64,000 nt of DNA from Marsupella aquatica. Its lineage: Eukaryota; Plantae; Marchantiophyta. This document shows positions 23,477-36,593 of this stretch, one piece after another; positions within the stretch are counted from its first letter, which is position 1; every line of letters starts with the position of its first letter. The translations under genes and the position numbers were made by a program. Location: NCBI GenBank assembly GCA_973895155.1, contig OZ316894.1, positions 18,202,705 through 18,266,704 on the forward strand. The letters are read 5' to 3'. Under the pieces are notes generated by a model. The model was not told where the DNA came from and made no database searches. It saw only the letters and a list, made by a program, of their open reading frames with translations.

Positions 23477-26400
23477 TACTTTGACTTTTAAGGATCCGTG
23501 AAAGTCGAAGGAAGGTGTGGATGAATGGGATCTCTGCGATGAAAACTTGAAGAAACTCATAAGGCCTACACTTGCAGCGTCTATTCCTTTGATGCATGTC
23601 ATCGTAGGATCTAGAACCAATCTCGTGCACACCTACAGAGTGTAACGTTCGTTCGGATCGTCTCTGTGCTCATAATTGTTAATTTGGACTGGTTTGGAAG
23701 TATTGAAGACCATTTTAGAGATTTTGGATGACTGTGGAGATTGAGAGGATTCACCATCGCATTATGCTCTATTCCTATGTCCGCGGGCCAGAATCTCGAC
23801 ACTAAGACATTGAGAGAGCAGTCACATCTATTGAATTTCCTAGTATTTTCCCAAGGACGTTTTCTCAAACCCGTGCAAGTTTCATCAACTCTGCAGTTTT
23901 TCATTTCTCGACAACTTTCTCTTTTGCAGAAAGTCTTCGGACAGAAATCGCCATTATGGTGGGTACACGAGGCTCCTTTTGGTGAGAGTATCGAGATCCT
24001 ATCGTTTCCGTAGCCTATATCAGTAGTAATCTGCTGTTTCACGTGTAAGTGAAGCTGGCATTTAAATTGCTAGTAGCAGTCAAAAATAATGAGAACCAAA
24101 ACTCTGAAATTCTCTTATCACGGGCAGCCTTTCCTTCGTTAGTTGCACAAATTCGGGACCAGGAATTGGTTTCTGATATTCGATTGAACTTTGGCTCAAG
24201 GATTGAAGTTCAGCAAATAATGCAAATTACTTCCGTGTGTACATTGAGCTAGGCTGCGAGAGCTGTGCGTCTAGTGTGTTCTGTGCGTGTAGGATTTAGG
24301 ATATTTGAATCTCCTGTACAGTCCCTTCGAATCTTAAAGCAGCTTACCACAGTTCTTGGCTGGAGTGTACCGCTTACTGAAATGCCTCTAAATTGCTGGC
24401 GAATTTCATTACCTGGGCTTCAGGTACAGCTTCTCCTATAGAGTTTGCAGCTAATGGTGTGTCGTAGTTCATCCAATAACTTCACCGCCAGGAAACGTGG
24501 AGGGATTGCCTATCTCTATAGTTAGCCAGCCTCTTGTATGGCCAGATTGATGACCATTTTGTTTTGGAATGTAAACGCAGGCCTTGACCAAGCATCTGGA
24601 GGATACCAGCTTCCCCCGAAAGAGATCCAGCAAATTGTGGATGCGCCTCCGACTCCTGCACTTTCATTTTCGCCCAAAAGAGATAAAATTTTGTTCTTAG
24701 GGCGACGTTCATTGCCTCCTCTTGCTGATTTAGCAAGATCAGAGCTGAAACTTGCAGGCCTTCGGATTGATGCTTCTTACAATTCAAGAAGCAGGATGTA
24801 AGTTTTCTTTCCATAGGAGTTTTATACATCATGTACACAATTTTTACACTTCAGGACCTTGGTTCCAGAATTGATATGTTTCGTACAGTAGCAGAAAGTG
24901 CGTTTGTCATGGGAGTGCAAACACACCTAGTAGTGTAATTCAATTCATCAGGATCCTCGTGTGACGAGCTGGCTGTAGTACCTTTAGTTGTCTTGATTTT
25001 TCTCGCCTGCGGCCTAGTAGGGCACTCTGTAGTGGCTAACCAGTAAGGCATTTCGCATAATGTAGAGCTTGTCTTCAGGTCATTTTATACAGGAATAAGT
25101 ATTCGCAAGCTACTGGATGACGGCAATCTTGGACAAGAGCTCAATGTATATGGCCTTCCAACAGAACCAAAGATCAACTATGTCTCATGGTATTTCTAAA
25201 AGTCTCTGTAACCCCCTCATAAACGTCATTTGGTGAAATTCGAATTGCCTAGGTAATGTAGAGTCACATATGTACCTCTGTGAAAGGTGGCTTGCAAAGG
25301 AGGTCTTTCCACACGACGGGATTAATACTGATTCATCGATAATTTTCTGGGTTTGCTGAAGGTCTCCAGATGGTGCTTATTTGGCATTCACGGTTCGTGG
25401 AGAGGAGCAGGTGTGTTCTCTTGTGCCTGCCCATAAGTCTTTGCCTTTGTCGGTATGGACATTGTCAGCGATCTGGTCAGAGTTGACTTGTGTTGAGTTT
25501 TTTAGTTTGTGCATTTAAAACCCTGTCTAACGTACATGAAATCTTCAAGTATCGGAATTCGTTACTTTTGGGTGAAAAGCCCTGAAATTGCTGGTCATAG
25601 ATACCGTTTGACGTGATGATAGGAACAGTTTAAACAGATACAGTTTGCTCATGTTGTGATAAGTGGATAGTGCGGTTTTTTGTATGTCAAATGAGAAGAC
25701 TGTAGGTGTTTTGACGAATCTGAACTGTGATGAACAGGGAGGGGAAGTAGCCACTGGGCTGGGGCTATGGGTGGCCAACATTGAAACAGGGCAGGCCCGT
25801 GAATTGATTGGGCCACCAGTTTTGACCCTCAATCCTATCTTTGATACGTAGGTGATCTCACTAGCTGTGCCTCTACACTGTGCTTGATCAAGATCTCTGA
25901 GTTATTTTGTCAAGGTGGAACTTCGGTGCGCGTTGCACTACTCTTCTTTTATACTGATTTGGTGACCCGTTTTAGTTCTGATATGCACAACCTTCCACAA
26001 AGTGTCGTAGCTCTCCTTGGGAAGGATGGGTTTTTTGTGCATTCGCTGTGATTGTTGCTATCGAAACCTTAGCAAATAAATTATTAGGCTAGGAGTTAGG
26101 TCGAGTTAGCCGATTCTTATGGTAGTCTCTCACACGCTTCGTGAGTGAAAAACAAGTGTATTGTTGTATGCCTTTTAAATTTACGCGCAGAACTTGAATT
26201 ACTCAGCGAGCATGAAGGTAACAGATTTTGGTTTTTGTTTTTCCCAATGCAGGTTCTCTTGGTTGGACGAATCAAGCCTTGTTGTATTGGTTATTCCCCC
26301 CACCAGGGGACCCCCACCGAAGAAACCTCTAGTTCCTTTCGGACCAAATATTCAATCAAATGAGTTAAAGGAGGTTGTTCAAGTTCGAACTTATCAGGAC

Positions 26401-29400
26401 CTTTTGAAAGACAAGCATGATGAAGATTTGTTTGATTACTATGCCACCTCTGAACTAGTGAAGGTGACACTAGACGGGGAGAGAGAATTCATAGGCAAAC
26501 CAGCTGTATATACGTCAATAGATCCTTCACCAGATGGCGAATATTTACTGGTATCTAAGACTCACAGGCCATATTCATTCATTGTTCCTAGTGGCCGTTT
26601 TCCTAGGAAAACAGAATTACGGAAAAGAAATGGAGAGTTGGTAAGAGAAATTTGTGATCTTGACCTTGCTGAAAATATCCCAATCACCTTCAATAGTGTG
26701 CGAACAGGCAGGAGGTCCGTGAATTGGCGAGCTGACAAGCCTTCGTCTCTTTATTGGTATGCTTCATTACAAGATTGGGTTTGAGAGCTCTGAATAGCTC
26801 TTTGTTTTCTGACGAGTTTCTTTGTTAAACAGTGCTTCCTAGTTTCGATGTCATAGATTGGATTTTTAGGGTCGAAAATGACCTTCAGTGTCTGCTTCTT
26901 TCAAGTGTAGGCGTGGATACTAGTAGACTATGTGAAAGTAGGGATGGGTTTGGACCTGAAGCTTCTTCTCCCTCTGCGTGTGGGTATGGAGTCTAGCAGA
27001 CTTTGTCAGAGTTGGGATGAGTTTTGGCCCAAAGTTTCGTCTGGAGTGTGAGTATGAATTCACGGAAGACTTTGTTTAGAGTGGAGATGAGTTTTGACCT
27101 GAATTTTCATCTCCCAATGAGATTGGTTAGGTAGCTTTGTTGGACTTGGGATGCCTTTTCTATTCGTGTATATGACTAAATATTGTATTTGGTTTTGTAG
27201 GGTTGAAACTCAAGATGGTGGAGATGCGAAAGTGGATGTTTCACCACGTGATATTGTCTTCACTCAAAATGCGAATGCTGTAGATGGGGAAGGACCCACA
27301 GTTCTCTTCAAGCTTGATCTTCGTTATGGGTATCCACAGAATCGCTCGACTCTCACCAGTCTAATTTTGGACGGGATAGGAAACTTTGTGGGAATGTGCA
27401 GATTGATTGGAAGAATGAGGCTAAAATATCTTTGGGAATCTGAAGATGGATTGTAGGACAGATGGGGGTAAAATAAATTGCAAGGGTAATGTCACTATGA
27501 TTGTTACGTACAATCCAGAAGCAAGGTGGTGAGATATTGTTAAAGGATGAAAAATAAAGTCACCGGGAACCCTGACAGTTCATGCCCGAGTCTATTAATC
27601 ATAAGCAATTTTGACTTTGAGACTATATTGGTGTCTTGCGCAGAGGAGTTGTGTGGGGGGATGAAACCCTTGCTTTGGTATATGAGTCGTGGTACAGAAC
27701 TCGGAAGACTCGCACATGGGCAATAAGCCCAGGTAACCTTGCAGCAGAAGGACGGTTAATTTTTGATCGATCCACTGAAGACGTGTACTCTGATCCTGGT
27801 TCCCCCATGTTACGACGGACGTCATTGGGAACATACGTCCTTGCCCTTACCAAACGGGCGGACGGGAAGAAACACTTGCTGCTTAATGGAAGCGGAGCTA
27901 CACCAGAGGGCAATATTCCCTTTCTAGATCTTTTTCATTTGTACGGAACTTCGTCAACTTTCACCTTCACTTTGGTTGCTTTCTGTTTGGGAATTTACAA
28001 ATAAGAACATTTCTTTAGTCGGATTTGAAAATCTATCATATCTCGAAGAATGAGTCCAACATAAGCTACTCAAGACTCCTACGACGATAAATATGCGGTA
28101 ATGGAATGGCCGAGTAAGTAATGATTATTAATTTCATTCTGAGAACGGAAGGACGGATAAGCCTATAAAGAATCTTTTGGGTCAATGACATTGCAATGAC
28201 AAGGCCCTAAGTGCACGCGCAATCATACATGAGCACTTCAACCTTTTTTGATATTTTGAATATTCTCGATCGTAATTATATGGTTCTCTACATTCATCTT
28301 ACACCATCGTCTGGGACATGTCTTTACTCACTCTATTCTCAACCTGACATAGAATGGCAGCAATGAATGTTTCTAAAGTTCACTTTCATAGACGGATGTC
28401 TTTCAATTATCCCGTTTCGAGAATTGGGTTGGATTCTCTTTCCTTTCTCCATCCTCGTGGGAAAACTGGGCCGTTTGGTGGCAGAATTTGATAAAGTTGT
28501 GTGGGTTTTTTCAGGGAGACAGGTGAGAAGGAACGGATTTGGAAAAGTTCGAAGGAGAAGTACTTTGAGACAGTCGTAGCTCTCATGTCTGATCAAAAGG
28601 ATGCAGATCTTTCCCTAGATGATTTGAAGATTTTGGTTTCGAAGGAGTCACAGACTGAACCTCCTCAATACTATTTGAAAACTTGGCCAGAGCAAAATGT
28701 CTCCCAAATAACCGACTTTCCACATCCGTATCCCCAGCTGGCTGAGCTAAAGAGAGAAATCATTCGTTACATGCGAAGTGATGGTGTGCAGCTTACAGCA
28801 AACCTCTACTTGCCTCCATGCTACGACCCTGTCAAAGAAGGACCTCTGCCAACCCTGCTTTGGGCGTATCCGAGGGAATTCAAAAATAAAGACAATGCTG
28901 GCCAAATGCGGGGCTCACAAAACAGCTTTGCAGGCATTAGCTCTACTTCAGCTAAATTGTGGTTAGCCAGACGGTGAGTTGAGACTTTAAGGGTGGAGTT
29001 TTTCGCTCGCGCCTGAGGAGGAAATTTTTATTTTAAGTCTTTGCTGCTTTAAACAGCTGGTGTCATTCCCAAGTTTGCAATCGAGGGGGGAAGCATTTGC
29101 CCTTTACTGCTGCTGAATTTGTCTCAAATGATGATTTTGTACACAGATTTGTAATTTTGGATGGTCCAACAATGCCTATAATCGGAGAAGGGGACGAAGA
29201 GGCTAATGACAGGTATCAGATTGGGAGTTCTGTGATGTGTAGGGATATTCTCGAGTGCTGTACTGAAATGGTGTGTTGGATGTTTCTGTTTGTCACGCGC
29301 TGTCGTCCTGGTGTTGCTTGGGCCTTGAAATTCCATTTTACTATATGTTATTTCTATAATTGCATCTTTGTGCTTGGTAAAGCCAGGTAATGCTTGTGTG

Positions 29401-30884
29401 TAGAGTCTAGTTCAAGGTACTCTCCGGCGGAGACTAGTTTGTGCATCCTGCTCGAGCTAATCCTCTCCAGGTCTGCGAAGTGTGAAATTTGGGACTTAAA
29501 GGCACAGGACTAATCCTTCCATCACTTGTGTGTAGGTATGTGGAGCAGCTCGTAAGCAGTGCTCAAGCTGCAGTAGATGAGGTCGTCAGACGTGGGGTAA
29601 GTCCCACAACCGAGAAAACTGAATGCACGGTCTATTTTTGAAATTTTGGACGAAGACAACCTGGACAGAGTTTTCTAACACTCATTATCGATCGACTCCT
29701 CTGATTTCTCCTTTTCATGCATGCAGGTAGCAGATCCTAAGAGGATTGCCGTGGGAGGACATTCCTATGGGGCCTTCATGACGGCAAATCTACTGGCGCA
29801 CGCACCTCATTTATTCAGTTGTGGCATCGCAAGAGCTGGTGCTTATAATAGAACACTAACCCCATTTGGTTTCCAGGTGGGTTTTTCGTTCCATAGCTAA
29901 TCGTTTGTGAATGTAATGAATCTGATGTGGTGTGAACTTCCAGGTTGGACTAGCTCGTTTTACTTCAGTTCCACCCAGATGAGTTTTTCCGTCGCGTGGT
30001 TTTGTCCAAACTAAGGTGCTTTTGGAAGCTATACGTTTCTCCAACGTGGGGCCATTAGCTGCTAGTGTGCTTGAGTCCTGCACAGTATTTCCTCGTTTTG
30101 AATGAAAAACCGAGTCTTCTGCTTCCAGGCGGAGGAGAGAACTCTCTGGGAGGCGCCCAAGACATATATTGATATGAGTCCCTTCATGCTAGCGAATAAG
30201 ATAAAGAAACCGATTCTCTTGATTCACGGAGAAGAAGATAACAACCCCGGAACTCTCACTATGCAGGTAATATGCATAGTATTTTGTGTATGTGGTCAAT
30301 TCCTGGTTGCTCGTATATGCTATTAGCGGACGTGCTCCGTTGAAAATGCAATGGTCATAAAAGAGCTAAGGAATGCTGGGAGTCATCCTCGGTACCAAAG
30401 GCATGCGAGAGAGTGATATAAATCCGAAGAGATAATTGGCCTGCATAGAATGTAACCATGTTATTCTTTTTTTGTGTGGGTCGTTTGTAGATTGATTGTT
30501 TGTGAGTTTTTGACCTGTGGTCATCGTTTCCAATTATTGACGCTTTCCTTGTGTATATTGCAGTCTGATCGGTTTTTCACCGCTCTTAAAGGACATGGTG
30601 TTCTTACTCGACTCGTGTTGCTTCCTTTCGAGAGTCATGGATATCAAGGAAGAGAAAGTGTGTTACATTGTCTTTGGGAGATGGACAGATGGCTGCAAAA
30701 GTATTGCATTGACGTGGTGGATGAACCAGCAGTGGCTAATGATTTGCAGGGTAGTGACGTGAAAGGAGCAGGTTCTGAACCTGTAGCTTGTGGAAGCAGG
30801 GAGGGTGGAAGTGAAATTGAAGCTCCGGATATAGGTGAAAATCCGTGGCCTTGGCCAAGGCCTGGGACCCAATCCCTACTATAA
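22969..30884 (+). CDS. CGEP: Chloroplast glutamyl endopeptidase (S9D serine peptidase), ~14 exons
   Basis: Ser-rich transit-peptide-like exon 1, then GYQLPPKEIQQIVDAPP, RSRMSFYTG, RTYQDLLKD, VETQDGGDAK, WAYPREFK, GGHSYGAFMTANLLAHAP (catalytic Ser, ~29755), LLIHGEEDNNPGT (Asp) and LPFESHGY (His). Approximate exons: 22969-23368, 24581-24797, 25079-25189, 25362-25410, 25738-25847, 26253-26756, 27201-27329, 27644-27940, 28514-28973, 29147-29212, 29536-29596, 29728-29876, 30129-30266, 30564-30884. Confidence 0.95.
23411..23476. repeat. (CT)n(CA)n compound microsatellite in CGEP intron 1
   Basis: Direct reading of the sequence. Confidence 0.95.
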
Positions 30885-30934
30885 CTGTTGACTCATTGAA
30901 GTACTAGCCCCATGCCCGTGCCTTGCACGGAAGA

Positions 30935-32110
30935 CTTCAAGTGAGGGCAAGATGTCAAGGAGAGGGCAAGATGTTGAGGTGAGGGTAAGATTGGGAAGCG
31001 AGTGCAAGATGTCAAGGAGAGGGCAAGATGTTGAGGTGAGAGCAAGATGTGAAGGTGAGGGTAAGATTTTGAGGCAAGGCAAACATGGTTGTGCATTGCA
31101 AATATATAATTTAGGCAAAAAATTAAATAGATTAATACAAAAGTGATACAATCTTTATTCACCCTCTCAATAAAGAGAACCTCTGTCATCATATACAATA
31201 TCTTTTGTCAACCTTGTTTGACCCTCTTCAAGACCCTCTTCAAAATCTAAAAATAAAACCTTGATAGTTATACGGAAGAGATGTTGTCCTTGAAAATGCT
31301 CCATACAACTGTCCGTGATTAGGCAAATTGTAACCTACATCTTCTAAAATTTGACCTTGAACTTTATGTTCATTGCATATGTCAATCTAATTTGTTTATG
31401 TTCATTGCATATGTCAATTGAATGAAAAATTGGACACTATGTAATAAAAAAGGAAGTGATTTGTCAGATATCATCTGAATTCGTGGGATAAATGTAAGGG
31501 TCCCTATTTGTTTTCGTGCAAAAACCCAATGCCCATGTGTTGCACAAAAGATGTCCGAGGTAACAAAAGATATCAAAGAGAAAAAAAATGTCAAGATGAT
31601 AAAAGATTCAAGGTGACCAAAAGATGTCAAGGTGATAAAACACAAAAAAGGAGAGAAAACATGTCCCAGTGATCAAACAATGTCCAGATGATAAAAAAGA
31701 TTGAATCCGAGAAAAAAGCTTTCAAGGTGAACAAAGATGTTGAGGAGAGAAATAAATGTTCAGATGAGAAAAAAAATTATGGAAGGAGAGAAAAATATGT
31801 CAGGATGAACAAAAGACGCCAAGGCAAGCAAAAGATGTTGACGTGAGTGACGGAGATAAAAACATTTTGAGATAAGGAAAAGATATTTACGCAAGGCAAA
31901 GATGTCAAGGCAAAAGAAGATAAAATGTTGTGAGTGAAAGAAATAAAAACATTTTGAGATAAGGAAAAGATGTTTAGGCAAGGCAAGATGTCAAGGCAAA
32001 AGAAGATAAAAATGTTGATGCATGTTTAAATGTACATTGCATTGAGGCAAAGATTTGGGGTGATGTGAACATTTTTACTCGAGGCAAAGAAATGCAAAAC
32101 GATGCAAGTG
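30935..32110. repeat. Purine-rich degenerate repeat field built on (C/A)AAGATGT, just downstream of the CGEP stop
   Basis: Many copies of GCAAGATGT/AAAGATGT. Includes the duplicated units 30945-31040 and ATAAAAACATTTTGAGATAAGGAAAAGAT (31856, 31943). Confidence 0.8.
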
Positions 32111-35100
32111 AGCCTAAGAAATATAGATAATGCAAATTAATGTAAGCGAGGCAAGAAAGTTGTTTAGACATCTCATATATTGTTGCGACCATCTTGTCAT
32201 TATGACGATGCAGTCACTCTGGCCATGAGGGTGTTGTGGCTATGTTGGTCTTGCGACCATGTTGTTGCCAAGCCCGATGCCAACACATTGCATAGATACA
32301 TTGAGGTAAGGTAAAGAACTGTTGATTAAGAAGTGGGGTTTTTTAGGTGGATCAAACTAAAAATATTGGATTCTCCATAATTCTTTCTTGCCCATTTCAT
32401 GTGAAAAGTGTTGTCAATGTGGAGGTCTTGTTCAAAATAGTACATGAAATTATGTAATCATATAATGTACTTGAAGTCAACACCAAAATATGAGATAAGG
32501 TGCAAATGGGTGATGAGAGTACATGGGGGCAAGAATTGGGCAAGAAATCTTTATTGGAACAAAATATTGGACAAAATATGCAAATGGGGGCAAAGAGTTG
32601 GGCTCCCTACTTGGGAAAAAATTAGGGCAAAAGCAAGACTAATAAAGACAGGGGGCATGTCAAACAATACATGTCTTGTGGAGAAATGATGTTGGGAGCT
32701 TGATCTTCTTGGCCTTCATTAAAGATGCATTTTTTGAAAAGCTAGAATGTTGGAGTATAGATGAGATAACAAAATTGGGACCTATTTTATACAAAACATA
32801 AAACAAAAAACAAAAAAATAATCAAAACATGTAAATACAATTCACTTTGCTTTTGCATTTTCATTTTATTTTGGAAGAAGATGTTGTTTTATTGTGAAAA
32901 CTATATTATTGGGGAGAGTAAGGATGTGGGAGGGTAAGTGCCAGTGCAAGAGAGATGATGGCCCCGGGGTGTTTTAAAACTATTGGGAGGGGAATGTTTT
33001 AATTTTCTCTCTCCCCTTTTTTCCTATTTCTACACTCCTATGCAACACCATTACTCTCTTTTTTCTCACATTGGCACCATTAAATAAATAGAAAAAATGT
33101 ACAACTAAATACAGAGAAGAGAAAAAAGGAGAACATTAACCCATTTCCAAAAGTTCTCATGCCCAAAAAGATTCTCCTTCCCTTCGTGTGTACTTTGGTA
33201 CTTGAAAAAAACACATTTAAGATGATGTCACATAAATATCTTCTCATATACTATGTCAGATTAGTATCATCTCCTATATGTTATATTTTACTATTAAAAT
33301 GAGCATATCATTTGACATACCTGATAAATAAATCCAAGAGTACAAAAAAATCTGTGAAAAAATCTGACGGCTCAGGTTTGTTCCCTCCATTTCTGAATTT
33401 GTAAGCAGACTAAAGAGCTTTGTGGCGGCATTGCATATTATAGAAGTAGATATTATTATTATACATTAAAGAAACTATTAGAGTCCTCGCCAAAAATTAT
33501 ATATAACCTTATGGAATTTGACAATCCTTGCCCAAATAACCACAAAAGCTTACGGAATCTTTGTTCCATAGACGGAATGTGCATATTGAGATGCGATGGC
33601 GATGTGGTTGGAGAATGTATATACAAGTTCTACTTCGAAGTATCAAGCAAGCAGCTGCCTGCAAAATCTAAGTCAAGAGACGTAAAAGTTGGAAGCTTTG
33701 CATCATTTTTATGGACGTCTTTCTAGGTCATGCTTGGTAGCTGAGCAACCATCTATCTACGTCCTCCACAAGAAGCATGGCGGCTAAGCAAGCCACTTAA
33801 GTAGTTTCTTGTTGAAGACAAGTACGGAGCATATTACTACTGGAGAAAAGCAAAAACAAATAAACCTTTGTGACTATCTGCAAGTTGGACTGAAGTGGGC
33901 TGATCACTAGACCTTTGCCACTCAGGACGTTATCAATGCCTTTCGCCAAGGGCATACATGTCATTGGCCCAAAGTGTGAACGGCAGTTCAGGGATTTTAG
34001 TTATATCTTGCTGAGGCATTCTCACAAGCAGTGAGGCTTGATGTTTGTTTGAAGACATATCAAGAAAAATAAATAGCGAGCTCCACTTGGGCCTGCAAAT
34101 TTGGTTATCAAATTTGTGGACACATTGTTCATAGAGAAGCTCTCCAGCTCCTGCAGACTTTGGTGGAAAACCTTGTCAACTAACTATTTCCGTGTATTAG
34201 AAAGTTACATGTCTTAATAACAGAAAATATGAGTACAAGTGCCTCAGCACAAGAGAAACTACCTAATTGATGACTGTATATATATGTGAACAAGCGCAAT
34301 AAGATGACAATGTGCGAAAGATGTAGTTCAAGATGTTGTGCAAAAGATGTAGTTCTGTAAATGAAAACATTGCATGAAAAATTTTGTTTCTAAAACATAA
34401 CATTGTATAAAAAATATCATTGCACAAAAGACGTCTTGCATAAATTAAAGATGATTAATAGTGCATAAAAAGCGTTGTGCAAATCATGCAAAAGATACAA
34501 GATGGGTGATGACTATAACCACCACTACTGAGTCCAAGCATGGTGACTCACTAGGAGGGCCCTTTTTCAATTTCTGTAAAATTTTAAGTATACTTACAAA
34601 TTTTAACTTTTCAATTCACTTTTTTTCAGGCCACTTGCTTGTATTTTCAGGCATGTATTAAACTTCACACAACAGTACTCCTCCCACAAATCAGAGTTAT
34701 GTTCACAATATACTTCCAAGATACGTCAAACCTATTCCTAAACTCCGTTAACCAAAGATCGCTGGTATGTGGCGGGTTAGAAAGACTCACCAGAAAAACT
34801 ATCAGACCGTTGAAGCTTTCACATGACCAAAGTTGCAGAAGGTTTTTGCTGACAGGAATTGGTGCATTAAAACTTTTGATTACTTTCAAAAATTTGACCT
34901 TGGCTAACTAATTGAGTTCAAATGGTCTATTCATCTGCACATCTTAGACAAAAAAGGTCATTGGTTCAAACACATGCAAAGATCCTTCGCCTCCTTATGA
35001 CTAGTACCCTTCAAAAGGGCTATGTGGCCAAAATACAAAGCATAAATGAAACATTAGTATAGGTTTATTCTCCAAGAAGTATCCAAGTTAGAACCAAAAT

Positions 35101-35197
35101 AATTATATATTTTATTCTAAAATTGCACTCATGATCTTTGCAGATAGGTCTATTTTTACACAAAAAAAACCAGTCTAAAAATAGACCTATCTGCAAA

Positions 35198-35326
35198 TCT
35201 AAATGAAGCACACTTATCTATTAGAGCACTTGCTACGGGATGTGCACTTATCAATGCATGCAACACCTGGTTTCGTGCACGCCAGATCTATCTTCCCCAG
35301 AGGATGCACTTAGCAAGAGTTCACTG
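35198..35326 (+). mobile_element. Orphan terminus of a second pogo-family element, inverted relative to the 10945 end
   Basis: Reverse complement TA|CAGTGAACTCTTGCTAAGTGCATCCTCTGGGGAAGATAGATCTGGCGTGCAC...GATAAGTGTGCTT aligns over ~130 bp with 10945-11070. TA at 35327-35328. Confidence 0.85.
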
Positions 35327-35704
35327 TACATTCAAGGACCCAATAATTGGGCGTGATGCAAGCTACTTAATTTCTAGTGGCTACCAACTAGAGTGAAGCC
35401 TTAGCCCGTAACTCTCAATAAGGGACAGAAATCACAGTGGCTAATTAAGGACAAAATGGAAAATGCGGAGGGACTAAAATGGGGGACACAAATTAAATAG
35501 AAAGATGGAGCAAAGGTGAAAAGGTGAAAAGGAAATAGTTTTTATGCAAAATTATTTGTATGTTCATCTCTATTTAATTTCTAGGAATGGGTAAATCAGG
35601 CTAGTATTTCAAAATGATCATCATGCATGATTCTTTTTATTAACATTCAATGACAAGACATTAAATCTAAATGATTCTGAATAATAAATAACACTTGAAT
35701 GTGT

Positions 35705-35960
35705 TGATTTTCATTACTTGCCTATATTGTCGTATCTCATTGTGGGCATAATAAGGAATAGTTGTGTTGTTTTGCATTACTTGATTATATTGACCTATAG
35801 AGGGAAGAGGATAGTCTCTTGTTTTTCATTACTTGCCTATATTGACGTATAGAGGGAAGAGTGTAGACTGTTGTTTTCATTACTCGCCCATATTGAAAAT
35901 AGAGGGAAGAGGGTAGTCTGTCATTTTTCATTACTTGCCTATATTGACGTATAGAGGGTT
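35705..35960. repeat. ~56-bp tandem repeat, about 5 copies
   Basis: TTTTCATTACTTGCCTATATTGACGTATAGAGGGAAGAG units. Confidence 0.9.
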
Positions 35961-36593
35961 GTGGGCATAATAAATTTTGATGCTGCTATAATGGTGAATC
36001 TAATTGTCACTTTGTCTTGTTCAGATTTTGTGTCCAGTATTTTAATTTTAATCTGCCTTAACAAGGTGAATCATTTGTATTAATTAAATTGTGAATTATT
36101 TTTTGGATCCCTTTTAATTTTAGTGAATTTTAGAGTATTTGAAATTTATTTTGGCTCCCCTCATAAATGTTTTATTTTTCAGATAGAAATCACTCTTTAG
36201 TGAATTCTAAATTTCTCATGAGAATGAAAGAATATATTTTGAACAATGTGCACATTTGGCATACTAAGTTCCCCTCATGGTTTCCTTTGCAAAATTTATG
36301 GTTTTAATTAAGTTTGACCATCATTACCTAGAAACAAGTGAAAGTATATACCTTATATACACAACTTCTTCAATACCTTTGCATTTTCTTGGTCATTAAT
36401 ATGTGCTTTTTTTTTGGCATGTATACTTATAATTTTTTGTAATATCTCACTCACTCTATATTATTTTATTGACATGTACTTTACATTTAAAAAATGATGC
36501 TCCCATGGACCTTAAACAAAAACCATATAATTGGGATGGACCCATTGGGAATATTCCCTGTCACATTGTGATAGTACTCAGATGGACCGCATT

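Noticed and set aside
32210-32230. CAGTCACTCTGGC as partner TIR for the 35326 pogo end
   Set aside because: The match is short, there is no flanking TA, and there are no subterminal motifs.
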